Positions 10,189 to 19,332 of a DNA stretch of 64,000 bases are shown here, in pieces. Position 1 is the stretch's first letter. Each line of letters opens with the position of its first letter. The translations under genes and the position numbers were made by a program. The notes under the pieces were generated by a model, which was not told the origin of the DNA, did not search any database, and saw only the letters and a program-made list of their open reading frames with translations. The stretch is from Candidatus Omnitrophota bacterium (lineage in GTDB: Bacteria > Omnitrophota > Gorgyraeia > B26-G9): positions 14,554 through 78,553 of the forward strand of contig JAZDHZ010000039.1 in NCBI GenBank assembly GCA_043805415.1, read 5' to 3'.

Positions 10189-12099
10189 ATGAATATTCAT
10201 AGCTTGCTGGATCGCCAGATAAAAAAATATCTTGGCGGCGCTAAAAATTTAATCCAGGAACAGCAGAGGTTTTTTGAAGCAGTTAATGCTACCTATAATT
10301 ACGCGGATGAAGAGCGAAAACTTCTTGAGCGTTCCCTGGAGTTAAGTTCGCAGGAACTGAGGCAAAAAAATTCCGATTATAAGCAGGCTCTCAATGATTT
10401 GAAAGATAGCGAACACCGTTATGCCATTGCCGCCGAAGGATCCAATGACGGATTATGGGACTGGGATTTAAAAACAAATAAAGTTTACTATTCTCCCCGA
10501 TGGAAAGCAATGCTCGGATTTAAAGAGGATGAAATTGATTCTACTCCAGAGACATGGTTTAGGCGTATTCATAGCAGCGACGCTCTTTTTGTCGAAAGAG
10601 CGATGGATAGTCGAAAAGCGAAAACAGATGACGCTCATCTTGAGATAGAATATCGGATAATGCATAAAAACGGCACATATATTTGGGTTTTAACCCGGGG
10701 CATCGCGGTTTCTGACGCAGAAGGCAGAGTTGTCCGAATGGCTGGTTCGCAAACCGATATCACTAAGAGCAAGGCAGGTGAAGAACAGCTGCGTTATGAC
10801 GCGCTCCATGATAGGCTTACAGGTCTGCCAAATAGAAGTTTATTTGTTGACCGGCTCTTAAATCTGATTGAGCGGATTAAAAGGCATCCAGAACATCTTT
10901 TCGCGGTGCTTTTTATTGACATTGACAGATTTAAATATGTTAATGACAGCCTTGGGCATATCGCGGGAGATCAACTTTTAGTATCTATTGCTAAAAACCT
11001 TAAAACTTGTTTGCGGGCTGGAGATACTGTCGCGCGTTTCGGAGGCGATGAGTTCATAATTTTATTAGAAGATGTATCGAATTCCGAGGAGGTAGAACAA
11101 GTTGTCAAGCGTATTGAAAAAAGCATTTCTATCCCCCTAACTCTCGATGAACAGCAAGTATTTGTGACGGCTAGTATTGGAATCGCTTTTAATGATGTCA
11201 GCATAAATTCCCCTGAAATTTTATTAAGAGACGCGGATACGGCGATGTATCAGGCAAAAATGCAAGGCAAGGCAAGGCATGTGTTTTTTAGCAAAGAAAT
11301 GCATGCTGTGGCTGTGACTCGATTGCAAATAGAGGCGGAATTACGTCAGGCCGTAGAAAAGCAGGAATTTGAAGTATATTATCAACCGATTTTATCCCTG
11401 CCGGATAAAAAAATTATCCGAATGGAAGCTCTTTTGCGCTGGCATCATCCCCAAAGGGGGATTGTTCCTCCCTTAGACTTTATTCCCTTAGCTGAAGAAA
11501 CCGGTCTTATTATAAATATCGGAGAATGGGTTATTAAGGAAGTTTGCCGCCAGTCCAAAATATGGCAAAACGCTGACTATCCTAAAGTGAACATAGCTTT
11601 TAATTGCTCCGCGCGCCAGTTCAAGCACAAGTATTTTTTTGAGAGGATTAAAGATATATTATCAAAAGTCGGCGCTAACGCGTTCACCCTTGAACTTGAG
11701 ATCACCGAAAGCATCGCGATGGACGATATTATGTTCACGGTAAAATTATTAACGAGATTAAAAGATATTGGGATGAAGATTTCAATAGATGATTTTGGAG
11801 TCGGGTATTCTTCATTGAGCTGTTTGAAGCATTTTCCAATTGATGCTGTTAAGATTGATCGTACTTTTATAAAAGATATCCCGGTGAATAAAGCTAATGT
11901 CGCGTTAACATCGGCGATTATTACTCTGGGCCATGGATTAGGGTTAAAGGTTGTTGGTGAAGGGGTGGAAACCGAAGAAGAATTTAAATTTTTGAATGAA
12001 TGCGGATGTGATGAGGCGCAAGGTTTTCTTTTCTCGCGGCCAGTCCCAGCGCAAGAAGCGGAAAAGCTTTTGTTTAAATATAATGGCCCCAAGGATTGA
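10189..12099 (+). CDS. PAS-GGDEF-EAL protein (diguanylate cyclase/phosphodiesterase)
   Basis: A coiled-coil N-terminus is followed by a PAS domain ('DGLWDWDLKTNKVYYSPRWKAMLGF...HKNGTYIWVL'). Then come a GGDEF domain with an intact 'RFGGDEF' motif and an EAL domain ('EALLRWHHP', 'DDFGVGYSSL', 'KIDRTFI'). Confidence 0.92.
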   Translation: MNIHSLLDRQIKKYLGGAKNLIQEQQRFFEAVNATYNYADEERKLLERSLELSSQELRQKNSDYKQALNDLKDSEHRYAIAAEGSNDGLWDWDLKTNKVYYSPRWKAMLGFKEDEIDSTPETWFRRIHSSDALFVERAMDSRKAKTDDAHLEIEYRIMHKNGTYIWVLTRGIAVSDAEGRVVRMAGSQTDITKSKAGEEQLRYDALHDRLTGLPNRSLFVDRLLNLIERIKRHPEHLFAVLFIDIDRFKYVNDSLGHIAGDQLLVSIAKNLKTCLRAGDTVARFGGDEFIILLEDVSNSEEVEQVVKRIEKSISIPLTLDEQQVFVTASIGIAFNDVSINSPEILLRDADTAMYQAKMQGKARHVFFSKEMHAVAVTRLQIEAELRQAVEKQEFEVYYQPILSLPDKKIIRMEALLRWHHPQRGIVPPLDFIPLAEETGLIINIGEWVIKEVCRQSKIWQNADYPKVNIAFNCSARQFKHKYFFERIKDILSKVGANAFTLELEITESIAMDDIMFTVKLLTRLKDIGMKISIDDFGVGYSSLSCLKHFPIDAVKIDRTFIKDIPVNKANVALTSAIITLGHGLGLKVVGEGVETEEEFKFLNECGCDEAQGFLFSRPVPAQEAEKLLFKYNGPKD

Positions 12100-12134
12100 T
12101 AGTGCAGGATAATTAAGCCAAAGGAATATTGCGA

Positions 12135-13367
12135 ATGACCATTCCTAAACCAAACCGCTCAAAATTTGGATCACGAATAAAAGATACTATCCAATCAATA
12201 CCTTTTCATATTATTTTTATTTTAGTCTATTTCCTGGGTTTAGTGATTCTAAAGGAATTTATTCCCGGATTTGACAATCTGCGAGGGTATTTGTATGTTA
12301 TTCTAATTTCGCTTGCCGGAATTTGTTTTGGGCTTAAGGGCGGATTGATTTTTTCAGCTTTATCCATATTAATTTATATTTTCCAGGAAAACATAGTTAC
12401 TCAAGGGGCTCTTAATAAAACCGGGGCGCATGATTTTTATATAAACAGCGTTGTTTATGTCCTGGCCGGCATAGTGATTGGCAGTTTTTCCGAACTGGAA
12501 AGGGACATTAAAAAGCGGCTGCAGGTTTTAGCCCAATTTGATGGGCTGACAAATTGTTATAATTACAGAAGGATAATAGAGCTTCTTGAACAGGAGCTTT
12601 CGCGTTCAAAAAGATATGGCCGCTCCTTTACAATCATTCTCCTTGATATTGACTTTTTTAAGAAAATAAATGATATGTATGGACATCTTGTCGGTAATAA
12701 TGTGCTAAAAAGCTTCGCGCAAAATTTAACAACAAGCCTGCGCGATATAGATATTGTCGGGCGCTATGGCGGTGAGGAATTTTTAGTGATTTTACCGGAA
12801 ACCACGATTGATGAGTGTCCGCGGATATTGGAACGGATTAAAAGCAAAATGAAACATATTGTTGTTACCTCGCCTTATTTGAAAGCGCCGCTGAACTTAT
12901 CGATAAAGTTCAGTGCTGGAGTAGCAGCTTGTCCGACAGACGGAGCAAACGCGAATCAAATGATCAGCATGGTTGATTCCGCGCTCTATGAAGCAAAAAG
13001 AAGCGGTAGAGATAAGGCGATTATTGAGAAAAGAAGCGCGATACGCTTTAAACAGTTTAGCGGTTTATCAATATCTCTTGTTGATTTTTCAGCAAACAAA
13101 GAATATGAAGATGTTTTTTTAATCAATGTTTCACCAGGCGGGTTTAAAATAAAACTGGATCAGAATTTAGAAAAGCATAAGTTTTTAGCCAGAATCTCCC
13201 TGCCTGGGGAGGATTTAAAGTCTGAAGCTAACTGCGAAATATGCTACAAGCAAAAAACCACCACCGGACAATATAATATCGGGTTTCGTTTTACAGATAT
13301 GAGCGTAGCTGTCCAAGATAAGATATACGCCTGTTGTACTTCAATTAATAATACGAATAGACCTTAG
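12135..13367 (+). CDS. membrane-anchored diguanylate cyclase (GGEEF) with a C-terminal PilZ-like domain
   Basis: The ATG at 12135 has an AAAGGAA RBS; the ORF-track start at 12129 is a TTG. The protein has about 4 N-terminal TM helices. The GGDEF domain carries 'RYGGEEF' and an RxxD-like I-site context. The C-terminal ~100 aa look like a PilZ barrel ('FKIKLD...ARISLPGEDLKSEANCEICY...GFRF'). Confidence 0.8.
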   Translation: MTIPKPNRSKFGSRIKDTIQSIPFHIIFILVYFLGLVILKEFIPGFDNLRGYLYVILISLAGICFGLKGGLIFSALSILIYIFQENIVTQGALNKTGAHDFYINSVVYVLAGIVIGSFSELERDIKKRLQVLAQFDGLTNCYNYRRIIELLEQELSRSKRYGRSFTIILLDIDFFKKINDMYGHLVGNNVLKSFAQNLTTSLRDIDIVGRYGGEEFLVILPETTIDECPRILERIKSKMKHIVVTSPYLKAPLNLSIKFSAGVAACPTDGANANQMISMVDSALYEAKRSGRDKAIIEKRSAIRFKQFSGLSISLVDFSANKEYEDVFLINVSPGGFKIKLDQNLEKHKFLARISLPGEDLKSEANCEICYKQKTTTGQYNIGFRFTDMSVAVQDKIYACCTSINNTNRP

Positions 13368-13568
13368 AGCAGCCTTAAAAAAACCATTAAAACTAATCAG
13401 ATATACTCTAAACCCCGAAGAAATGTTTTTCTTCCTTGTCTTGAATTTAAGGTTACTGCTTTTAATGAAAGTCAGCGTTTGTATCTACAGCATTGATTTT
13501 CACAAGGGCGCGTGGTAGAATTATACGCATAACATGTTTTGCTGTAGGCGTTTATATAACACCTAAAT

Positions 13569-14441
13569 TTGGAGCGATCTGTAACAATAATGGGCAAGCA
13601 TATTTTAGATATTTTAGAGTTTTTCAATCCTTGGGATAATTGCGACTTCTCAGAAAAAAAGAGAGGATTAAAGCAAACATTATTGATCGCCCTTAAAAAA
13701 TTATACTTTTGGGGCCAAAAGACGATCCTGATCCGTTATTATCCGGTTAAAAAAATAATTAAAAAAAAATTAAATAAAGCTAATTTACTGGAAGTAGGTT
13801 CGGGATCTTTAGGATTAAGCCGCTGTTTGAAAAAGAAAATTGTGGGAGTTGATCTGAAAACAACCGGGCCAAGATATGGAAATATGAGTTTAGTAAAGGC
13901 TGACGCGGCAGCTTTGCCTTTTCGAGATAATTCTTTTGATTTTGTCGTTTCTGTGGATATGCTTGAGCATATCCCGGAGCGATCAAGACAAAAAGTTGTC
14001 GGGGAATTATTAAGAGTTTGCAAAAAAAAGGCTTTTATCGGAGTTCCCTGCGGAGAGCTTGCCAGGAAATGGGAGGAAAAAGCAGGAAAAGTTTATAATT
14101 CAGCCTTGAAAAAACTAGAAAATCAAAAGAATCGAAAAAATAAATTTGCCGAAAGAAATATTTTTTTAAGTGAGCATAGTAGATATGGACTGCCGGAAGA
14201 ATCGAGAATGAAGGAATATATCAACGCGTTTATTAATGATGCGGATGGAAAATTTTCTCTAAATATAATTGATAATGAAAGCACTTGGGTCTGGTATTAT
14301 GGATTATTAGGCGACATGAAATATAATTACTTAAGATGGGCAGTGACAACTATTTTTTTTATCGCTTTTTTCGAGATTCTTTGCCGCGTCAAATGGGGCG
14401 GATGTTATCGGAAAATTTTTGTTATTGAAAGGCTTATTTAA
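13569..14441 (+). CDS. class I SAM-dependent methyltransferase
   Basis: It has motif I 'LLEVGSGSLGLS' and post-I/II motifs ('VVSVDMLEHIPE'). An alternative start exists at 13590. Confidence 0.7.
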   Translation: MERSVTIMGKHILDILEFFNPWDNCDFSEKKRGLKQTLLIALKKLYFWGQKTILIRYYPVKKIIKKKLNKANLLEVGSGSLGLSRCLKKKIVGVDLKTTGPRYGNMSLVKADAAALPFRDNSFDFVVSVDMLEHIPERSRQKVVGELLRVCKKKAFIGVPCGELARKWEEKAGKVYNSALKKLENQKNRKNKFAERNIFLSEHSRYGLPEESRMKEYINAFINDADGKFSLNIIDNESTWVWYYGLLGDMKYNYLRWAVTTIFFIAFFEILCRVKWGGCYRKIFVIERLI

Positions 14442-14443
14442 CA

Positions 14444-15493
14444 ATGAAAGTTTCCGTTATAATCCCGATTTATAATGCCGCGGCTACTATCGCGGCCTGC
14501 CTCAAGAGTTTAGCGCTCCAGGACCGGATACCTGATCAAATCCTGCTTGTTGATAATGGGTCTAAAGATGATACAGTTAATATAATTAATAAGTTTATCG
14601 AGGAACATAGAAGTTTAAATATTGTCTTGTTAAAAGAAGATAAAAAAGGGGCTGGCTGCGCGAGGAATAAAGGCTTAAAATCCGCGCAAGGAGATATTGT
14701 CGCGTTTACTGATTCTGACTGTATTGTAGAAAAAAAATGGCTGGAAAACATATTGTGTAAGTTTGAGCAAACCAATGCCGACGCGATCGGCGGTATGGTT
14801 AAGATATATCAACCGAAAACCTGTTCTGAAAAGCTGCAGGCATTATCTTGGGATCTGCACCCGGCATATATAGATAGTTTTATTGAATATCCCTGGCAGC
14901 CTTTGTTCGGTAAAATGCTGGGAACTTTGAATTGCGCGTTTCGCAAGCATGTTTTTGAGAAAATCGGAGGTTTCGATGAAGAGCTTAATATATCCGGCGA
15001 AGATATGGATTTTACACTCAGGGCATTTTCAGCCGGTTTTAAAATCCTGGTTTGGTCAAAAGATGTATTGGTGTATCATATGCCCCGCGCTAAATATTTT
15101 TCTTATTTAAAACAGATATTTGAGTATCGGATCATATTGCCGTTTTTATTGAAGAAACATTTTAATAATATTTTGCTGATTGATCTGCCGATATTCGGGT
15201 TGAAAAAGTTTTCTTTCCCCTGGGGCGTTGCTTTTACCCGAGAGTTTCTCGGGATACTTTTTTTACTATTTATTGGTGTTTTTTTTCAAATCAACGTGGA
15301 GGTGCTAAGTCTAATTATTTCCCTTTTGTTTTTAAAGGTTAGTTTTTATATAATATCGCGAAGGAATTTCTTAGAACAGAAAATAGGGGCTGGAGAGATT
15401 GTCGTTATGATATTTTTAGAGTTTATAAAAAAAAGTGTTTCTGAATATGGAAGGCTCTATGGAGTCATAAAGTATAAATCTGTTTATTTGTAA
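14444..15493 (+). CDS. family 2 glycosyltransferase with C-terminal membrane helices
   Basis: The GT-A fold N-terminus has 'VSVIIPIYNAA...LLVDNGSKDDT...FTDSDCIV' (DxD). The C-terminus is hydrophobic. Confidence 0.8.
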   Translation: MKVSVIIPIYNAAATIAACLKSLALQDRIPDQILLVDNGSKDDTVNIINKFIEEHRSLNIVLLKEDKKGAGCARNKGLKSAQGDIVAFTDSDCIVEKKWLENILCKFEQTNADAIGGMVKIYQPKTCSEKLQALSWDLHPAYIDSFIEYPWQPLFGKMLGTLNCAFRKHVFEKIGGFDEELNISGEDMDFTLRAFSAGFKILVWSKDVLVYHMPRAKYFSYLKQIFEYRIILPFLLKKHFNNILLIDLPIFGLKKFSFPWGVAFTREFLGILFLLFIGVFFQINVEVLSLIISLLFLKVSFYIISRRNFLEQKIGAGEIVVMIFLEFIKKSVSEYGRLYGVIKYKSVYL

Positions 15494-15504
15494 GGGAGTT
15501 AATT

Positions 15505-16824
15505 ATGAAAAAATTTTTAGTATTTTTGCTGATTCTTAACGCTGTTGTCTGTGTTTCTGGTTTTGGCGCGGATAAAAAAATAGTGGAGGAACGCGGCGGG
15601 CGGACTAAAGTAGTAAAATATAATGATGGGTCTTGGGAGCTTCTCGTGGACGGGAAGCCCTTTTTTATTAAAGGAGTTATCTTTTGTCCGGTCAAGATCG
15701 GTGAGTGGCCGCAAGAGGCTACGATGCGGGACTGGATGTATTATGATGATGATAATGACGGCCGCAATGATATCGCCTGTCAAACATGGGTGGATAAAAA
15801 TAAAAATAATAAGCAGGACGCTGATGAGAAGCTGGTGGGTGATTTTGAGCTATTAAGAGAGCTAGGCTGCAATGTTATAAGATTATATCATGTGGCTTCA
15901 GATAGTCCTTTGTTAGGCCAACTCTATAAAACAAACCCGAGTACAGAATTGCAATTTGATCATAAGGTAAATAAGGAATTATTACGTTCTCTATATGCTG
16001 ATTATGGAATAAAAGTGATGGTCGGTAACTTTTTGGGTTCTTGGACGATCGGATCCGGGGCTTCCTGGGAAGAAGGGACAGATTATACTAATCCTGCGCA
16101 TCGGGAAAATATAAAAACATCAGTAAGGGCAATGGTCGAAGATAATAAAGATGAACCCTATGTACTGATGTGGGTTTTGGGAAATGAAAATAATATTGCT
16201 ACCTGGTCAAAGTGCAATGCCAATAAGCAGCCGGAAGCTTACGCGAAATTGGTTGGGGAAATAGCGGATATGATCCATCAAATGGATCCTGAGCATCCGG
16301 TGGCGGTTTGTGACGGCGATAATTTTAATACTTTAAAAATGTATGCTGAATACGCGAAAAGTATTGATGTTATTGCCTATAATTCTTACAGAGGGAAATC
16401 CGGGTTTGGCGCTTTATGGAAAAACGTTAAAAGAATTTTTGACAGGCCGGTATTTATCTCAGAATTCGGCATGTTTTCATACAATACTAATAAGGGAGAG
16501 GATGAACAATTCCAAGCAAACTACATTAGAAATAACTGGAATGATATTGCTTTGAATAGCTATTTTCATATGGGGAAATATAAAAAGTGCGCGGGTAACT
16601 CCCTGGGCGGAGTGGTTTTTGATTGGATAGACCGTTGGTATATGGACGGCAATCCCCAGGAACATGATTTAGGTACAAGAAGCTGGGATAGTCCGGATAA
16701 ATTGCTGCATGAGGAATGGTTTGGGATAGTATCAATGGGCAATGGGGATGATCCGCTTATGCGGCAAAAAAAAGCAGCCTATGATTATTTAAAAAAAGCA
16801 TGGAATTACAAAAAATCGGATTAA
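15505..16824 (+). CDS. secreted clan GH-A (TIM-barrel) glycoside hydrolase with an EF-hand-like Ca-binding insert
   Basis: It has a signal peptide ('MKKFLVFLLILNAVVCVSG'), a candidate acid/base 'WVLGNENN' and a candidate nucleophile 'FISEFG'. The loop 'DDDNDGRNDIAC...DKNKNNKQDADE' resembles EF-hand/dockerin Ca loops. A glycanase embedded in an EPS locus is a common arrangement. Confidence 0.55.
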   Translation: MKKFLVFLLILNAVVCVSGFGADKKIVEERGGRTKVVKYNDGSWELLVDGKPFFIKGVIFCPVKIGEWPQEATMRDWMYYDDDNDGRNDIACQTWVDKNKNNKQDADEKLVGDFELLRELGCNVIRLYHVASDSPLLGQLYKTNPSTELQFDHKVNKELLRSLYADYGIKVMVGNFLGSWTIGSGASWEEGTDYTNPAHRENIKTSVRAMVEDNKDEPYVLMWVLGNENNIATWSKCNANKQPEAYAKLVGEIADMIHQMDPEHPVAVCDGDNFNTLKMYAEYAKSIDVIAYNSYRGKSGFGALWKNVKRIFDRPVFISEFGMFSYNTNKGEDEQFQANYIRNNWNDIALNSYFHMGKYKKCAGNSLGGVVFDWIDRWYMDGNPQEHDLGTRSWDSPDKLLHEEWFGIVSMGNGDDPLMRQKKAAYDYLKKAWNYKKSD

Positions 16825-16828
16825 TAAC

Positions 16829-17734
16829 ATGAATGATTTTATTTCAGTAGTTATACCGGTATACAATGATAAGGAAAATCTAAAAAAGTCATTGGAAGCG
16901 CTTTTTAAAACAAAGGCTGAAAATTTCGAGGTTATTGTCATAGATGATGCTTCGCTTGACCGTCCGGAATCAGTTGTAAGTAATCACCCGTGTAAATTTA
17001 TTAAATTAGCTCTAAATCAAGGACAGGCAAAAGCCCGTAACGCGGGAGTTGCCCAAGCGAAAGGGGATATTATCCTGTTTACAGATTCAGATTGTATTGT
17101 AATGGATGATTGGGTAAATGTGCTATCAGCTGAGCTTTTAAGATCAAATAAAGCAGATGAATCGGTGATGGCAATCTGCGGCAAAATAGTATCGAATTCA
17201 GGGTTTATTGAGTCGGCGCACGCGTATGCCGGATACGCGTATGTCCAAGAAGGGCCGCGAAGAAGCATGAAATATTTAAATACAGCCTGCGCGGCAGTGT
17301 TTAAAAAAGCATTTTTAGAAGTAGGCGGGTTTTCAGAAGATCTAAGAGTTACAGAAGATCCGGAGCTGGCGTTGAAATTAACCGGACGCGGATATAAAGT
17401 GATTTTTGAGCCAATGGTTTCGGTTTTTCATGAGCATGGGATCAATAATTTCCGTAAGTTCGCGCGAAAACATAAAAACTGGGGCAAAAGTTTGGGAATA
17501 ATGCTGGAAAGAAAGTATCCTAAGCGGATAGGTAATTGTTTGTTTTTGCTGGAACATCCCTGGATCCATGTTTTTTTGATCGTTCCGCTGGCTCTGCTTA
17601 CGACGATCAAGATCATGCTTTATAATTTAAGATATAGTTTTAATGTTCTGCGATACGGCTGGCTGATCTTTATCGGTAAGATATTTTTTCGGTGGGGAAT
17701 TTTTTTAAAGGTACTGCATGAATATCATAAATGA
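16829..17734 (+). CDS. family 2 glycosyltransferase
   Basis: 'ISVVIPVYNDKENL...VIVIDDASLD...FTDSDCIV' is a GT-A/DxD pattern. Confidence 0.8.
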   Translation: MNDFISVVIPVYNDKENLKKSLEALFKTKAENFEVIVIDDASLDRPESVVSNHPCKFIKLALNQGQAKARNAGVAQAKGDIILFTDSDCIVMDDWVNVLSAELLRSNKADESVMAICGKIVSNSGFIESAHAYAGYAYVQEGPRRSMKYLNTACAAVFKKAFLEVGGFSEDLRVTEDPELALKLTGRGYKVIFEPMVSVFHEHGINNFRKFARKHKNWGKSLGIMLERKYPKRIGNCLFLLEHPWIHVFLIVPLALLTTIKIMLYNLRYSFNVLRYGWLIFIGKIFFRWGIFLKVLHEYHK

Positions 17735-18500
17735 AAGTTGCTTTAAGCAAATAGATAAACAGTATCATGAAGATGATAATGTTGTGGCAACATATGATAA
17801 AAGGATCACTAATTCATATAAACTTGAGCATAAATATTTCACTTTAGATCTTTGGATTAAAAAACTTAAACAAAAAAAGTTTAAAACAATTTTAGATTTT
17901 GGCAGCGGAACAGGTACGGCGACTATAAAGCTTTTGAGTAATAAGCTGAAAGCTGTGTCTGTTGACGCTTCAATGAAAATGATGAAAAAGCTGCGGTTTA
18001 AAGCCAGGGCCGTTCAGTTAAGCCCGAATTGTATAATCGCGGATGTAGAAAGCCTTCCGTTAAAAAGTCAATGTTTTGATGGAGTAATATGCATGGGGGT
18101 ATTACATCATTTGCCGAATAAAAGAAAGGCGATAGAAAACCAGATAAGTGTTTTAAAAAATAATGGCTGCGTGTTTATTTCAGAACCGTTTAAGCATAAG
18201 CCGCGGGTTTCTTATGTGTATCATTTGCTTGCAAGAGTTGGCCGGTTTTTAGCGCGGCTTTTTATAATAAAAAGGCATTCGCGCACAAAAGAAAGTGATT
18301 TAACCAGCAAGGATCTGATTTTAATAAGAAGTGTGTTTGAAGAACATGGTTTTAGCTGCACAGTGCGATTATTGACTTATTGGCCTTTGATTTGCGCTTG
18401 TGTGCCGGAAGGGATTATGCTGCCGATAATAAAGTTTTTAAATAAAACTCAAGTAGGAAGAGTCAGAGGGGATACTGTCATCATTATTGCAGAGAGGTAA
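17718..18500 (+). CDS. class I SAM-dependent methyltransferase
   Basis: It has motif I 'ILDFGSGTGTATIKL' and motif II/III 'FDGVICMGVLHHL'. It overlaps the upstream GT2 gene by 17 nt. Confidence 0.7.
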   Translation: MNIINESCFKQIDKQYHEDDNVVATYDKRITNSYKLEHKYFTLDLWIKKLKQKKFKTILDFGSGTGTATIKLLSNKLKAVSVDASMKMMKKLRFKARAVQLSPNCIIADVESLPLKSQCFDGVICMGVLHHLPNKRKAIENQISVLKNNGCVFISEPFKHKPRVSYVYHLLARVGRFLARLFIIKRHSRTKESDLTSKDLILIRSVFEEHGFSCTVRLLTYWPLICACVPEGIMLPIIKFLNKTQVGRVRGDTVIIIAER

Positions 18501-18501
18501 T

Positions 18502-19332
18502 ATGAAAGATATATCAATAATTATTGTAGGGACAAATGAAAAAGAATTTGTCAGGATCTGTTTAAATTCAATAAAAAAGAGCAAGACTTCTTATTCTGTG
18601 GAAACGATTTTAGTGGATAATGGGTCAACTGATGACACATCCGAAATGGTAAATAATGATTTTAAGGACGTGCGCTTAATCCGGAATGAAAAAAAATTAG
18701 GCTATATTTTTAATAATAATATGGCAATGCAGCACGCCTCAGGCAGGTATATACTGCTTTTGAACTCAGACATAGAGCTGTATGAAAACACATTACAGGG
18801 CGCGATTAGTTTTATGGATAAAAATCCGGACGCTGCTGTTTGCGGGTGTAAGCTTGTTTTTGATGACGGGACGCTGCAGTTAAACTGCCGGAGATTTCCT
18901 ACACCGCTGACTTATTTATCGCGGCTTCCGCATTTTTTTCACTGGGTCAAATTTGCTAAAAAATTTGCCAAAAATAGAATTGTTTCCAGATACCTGATGC
19001 GGGACTTTTCGCATGAAGAAACCAGGAAGGTCGATTGGCTTGTATCCGCGTTTTTTTTAATGAGAAAAAAAGCCATAGATGATATCGGGATTTTTGATAA
19101 AAAACTGATGCAGCCTTTTTACCTTGAAGACGTTGAGTGGTGTTTTCGCGCGCATTTGAAGGGCTGGAGTGTTTATTATGTGCCTGAAATTTGCGCGGTT
19201 CATTATTACCAGAGAGGCAGTGTGAAGAAATTTAATAAACTAAGTATAGTGCATCTGGTAAATATCCTTAAATTTTTCAATAAACATGGTCTATCAATGC
19301 TGTTTAGAAGACATAGAGGCCCAAAAATATGA
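18502..19332 (+). CDS. family 2 glycosyltransferase
   Basis: The ATG at 18502 is preceded by a GAGAGG RBS. 'ISIIIVGTNEKEF...ILVDNGSTDDT...LLNSDIEL' fits a GT-A fold. Confidence 0.75.
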   Translation: MKDISIIIVGTNEKEFVRICLNSIKKSKTSYSVETILVDNGSTDDTSEMVNNDFKDVRLIRNEKKLGYIFNNNMAMQHASGRYILLLNSDIELYENTLQGAISFMDKNPDAAVCGCKLVFDDGTLQLNCRRFPTPLTYLSRLPHFFHWVKFAKKFAKNRIVSRYLMRDFSHEETRKVDWLVSAFFLMRKKAIDDIGIFDKKLMQPFYLEDVEWCFRAHLKGWSVYYVPEICAVHYYQRGSVKKFNKLSIVHLVNILKFFNKHGLSMLFRRHRGPKI

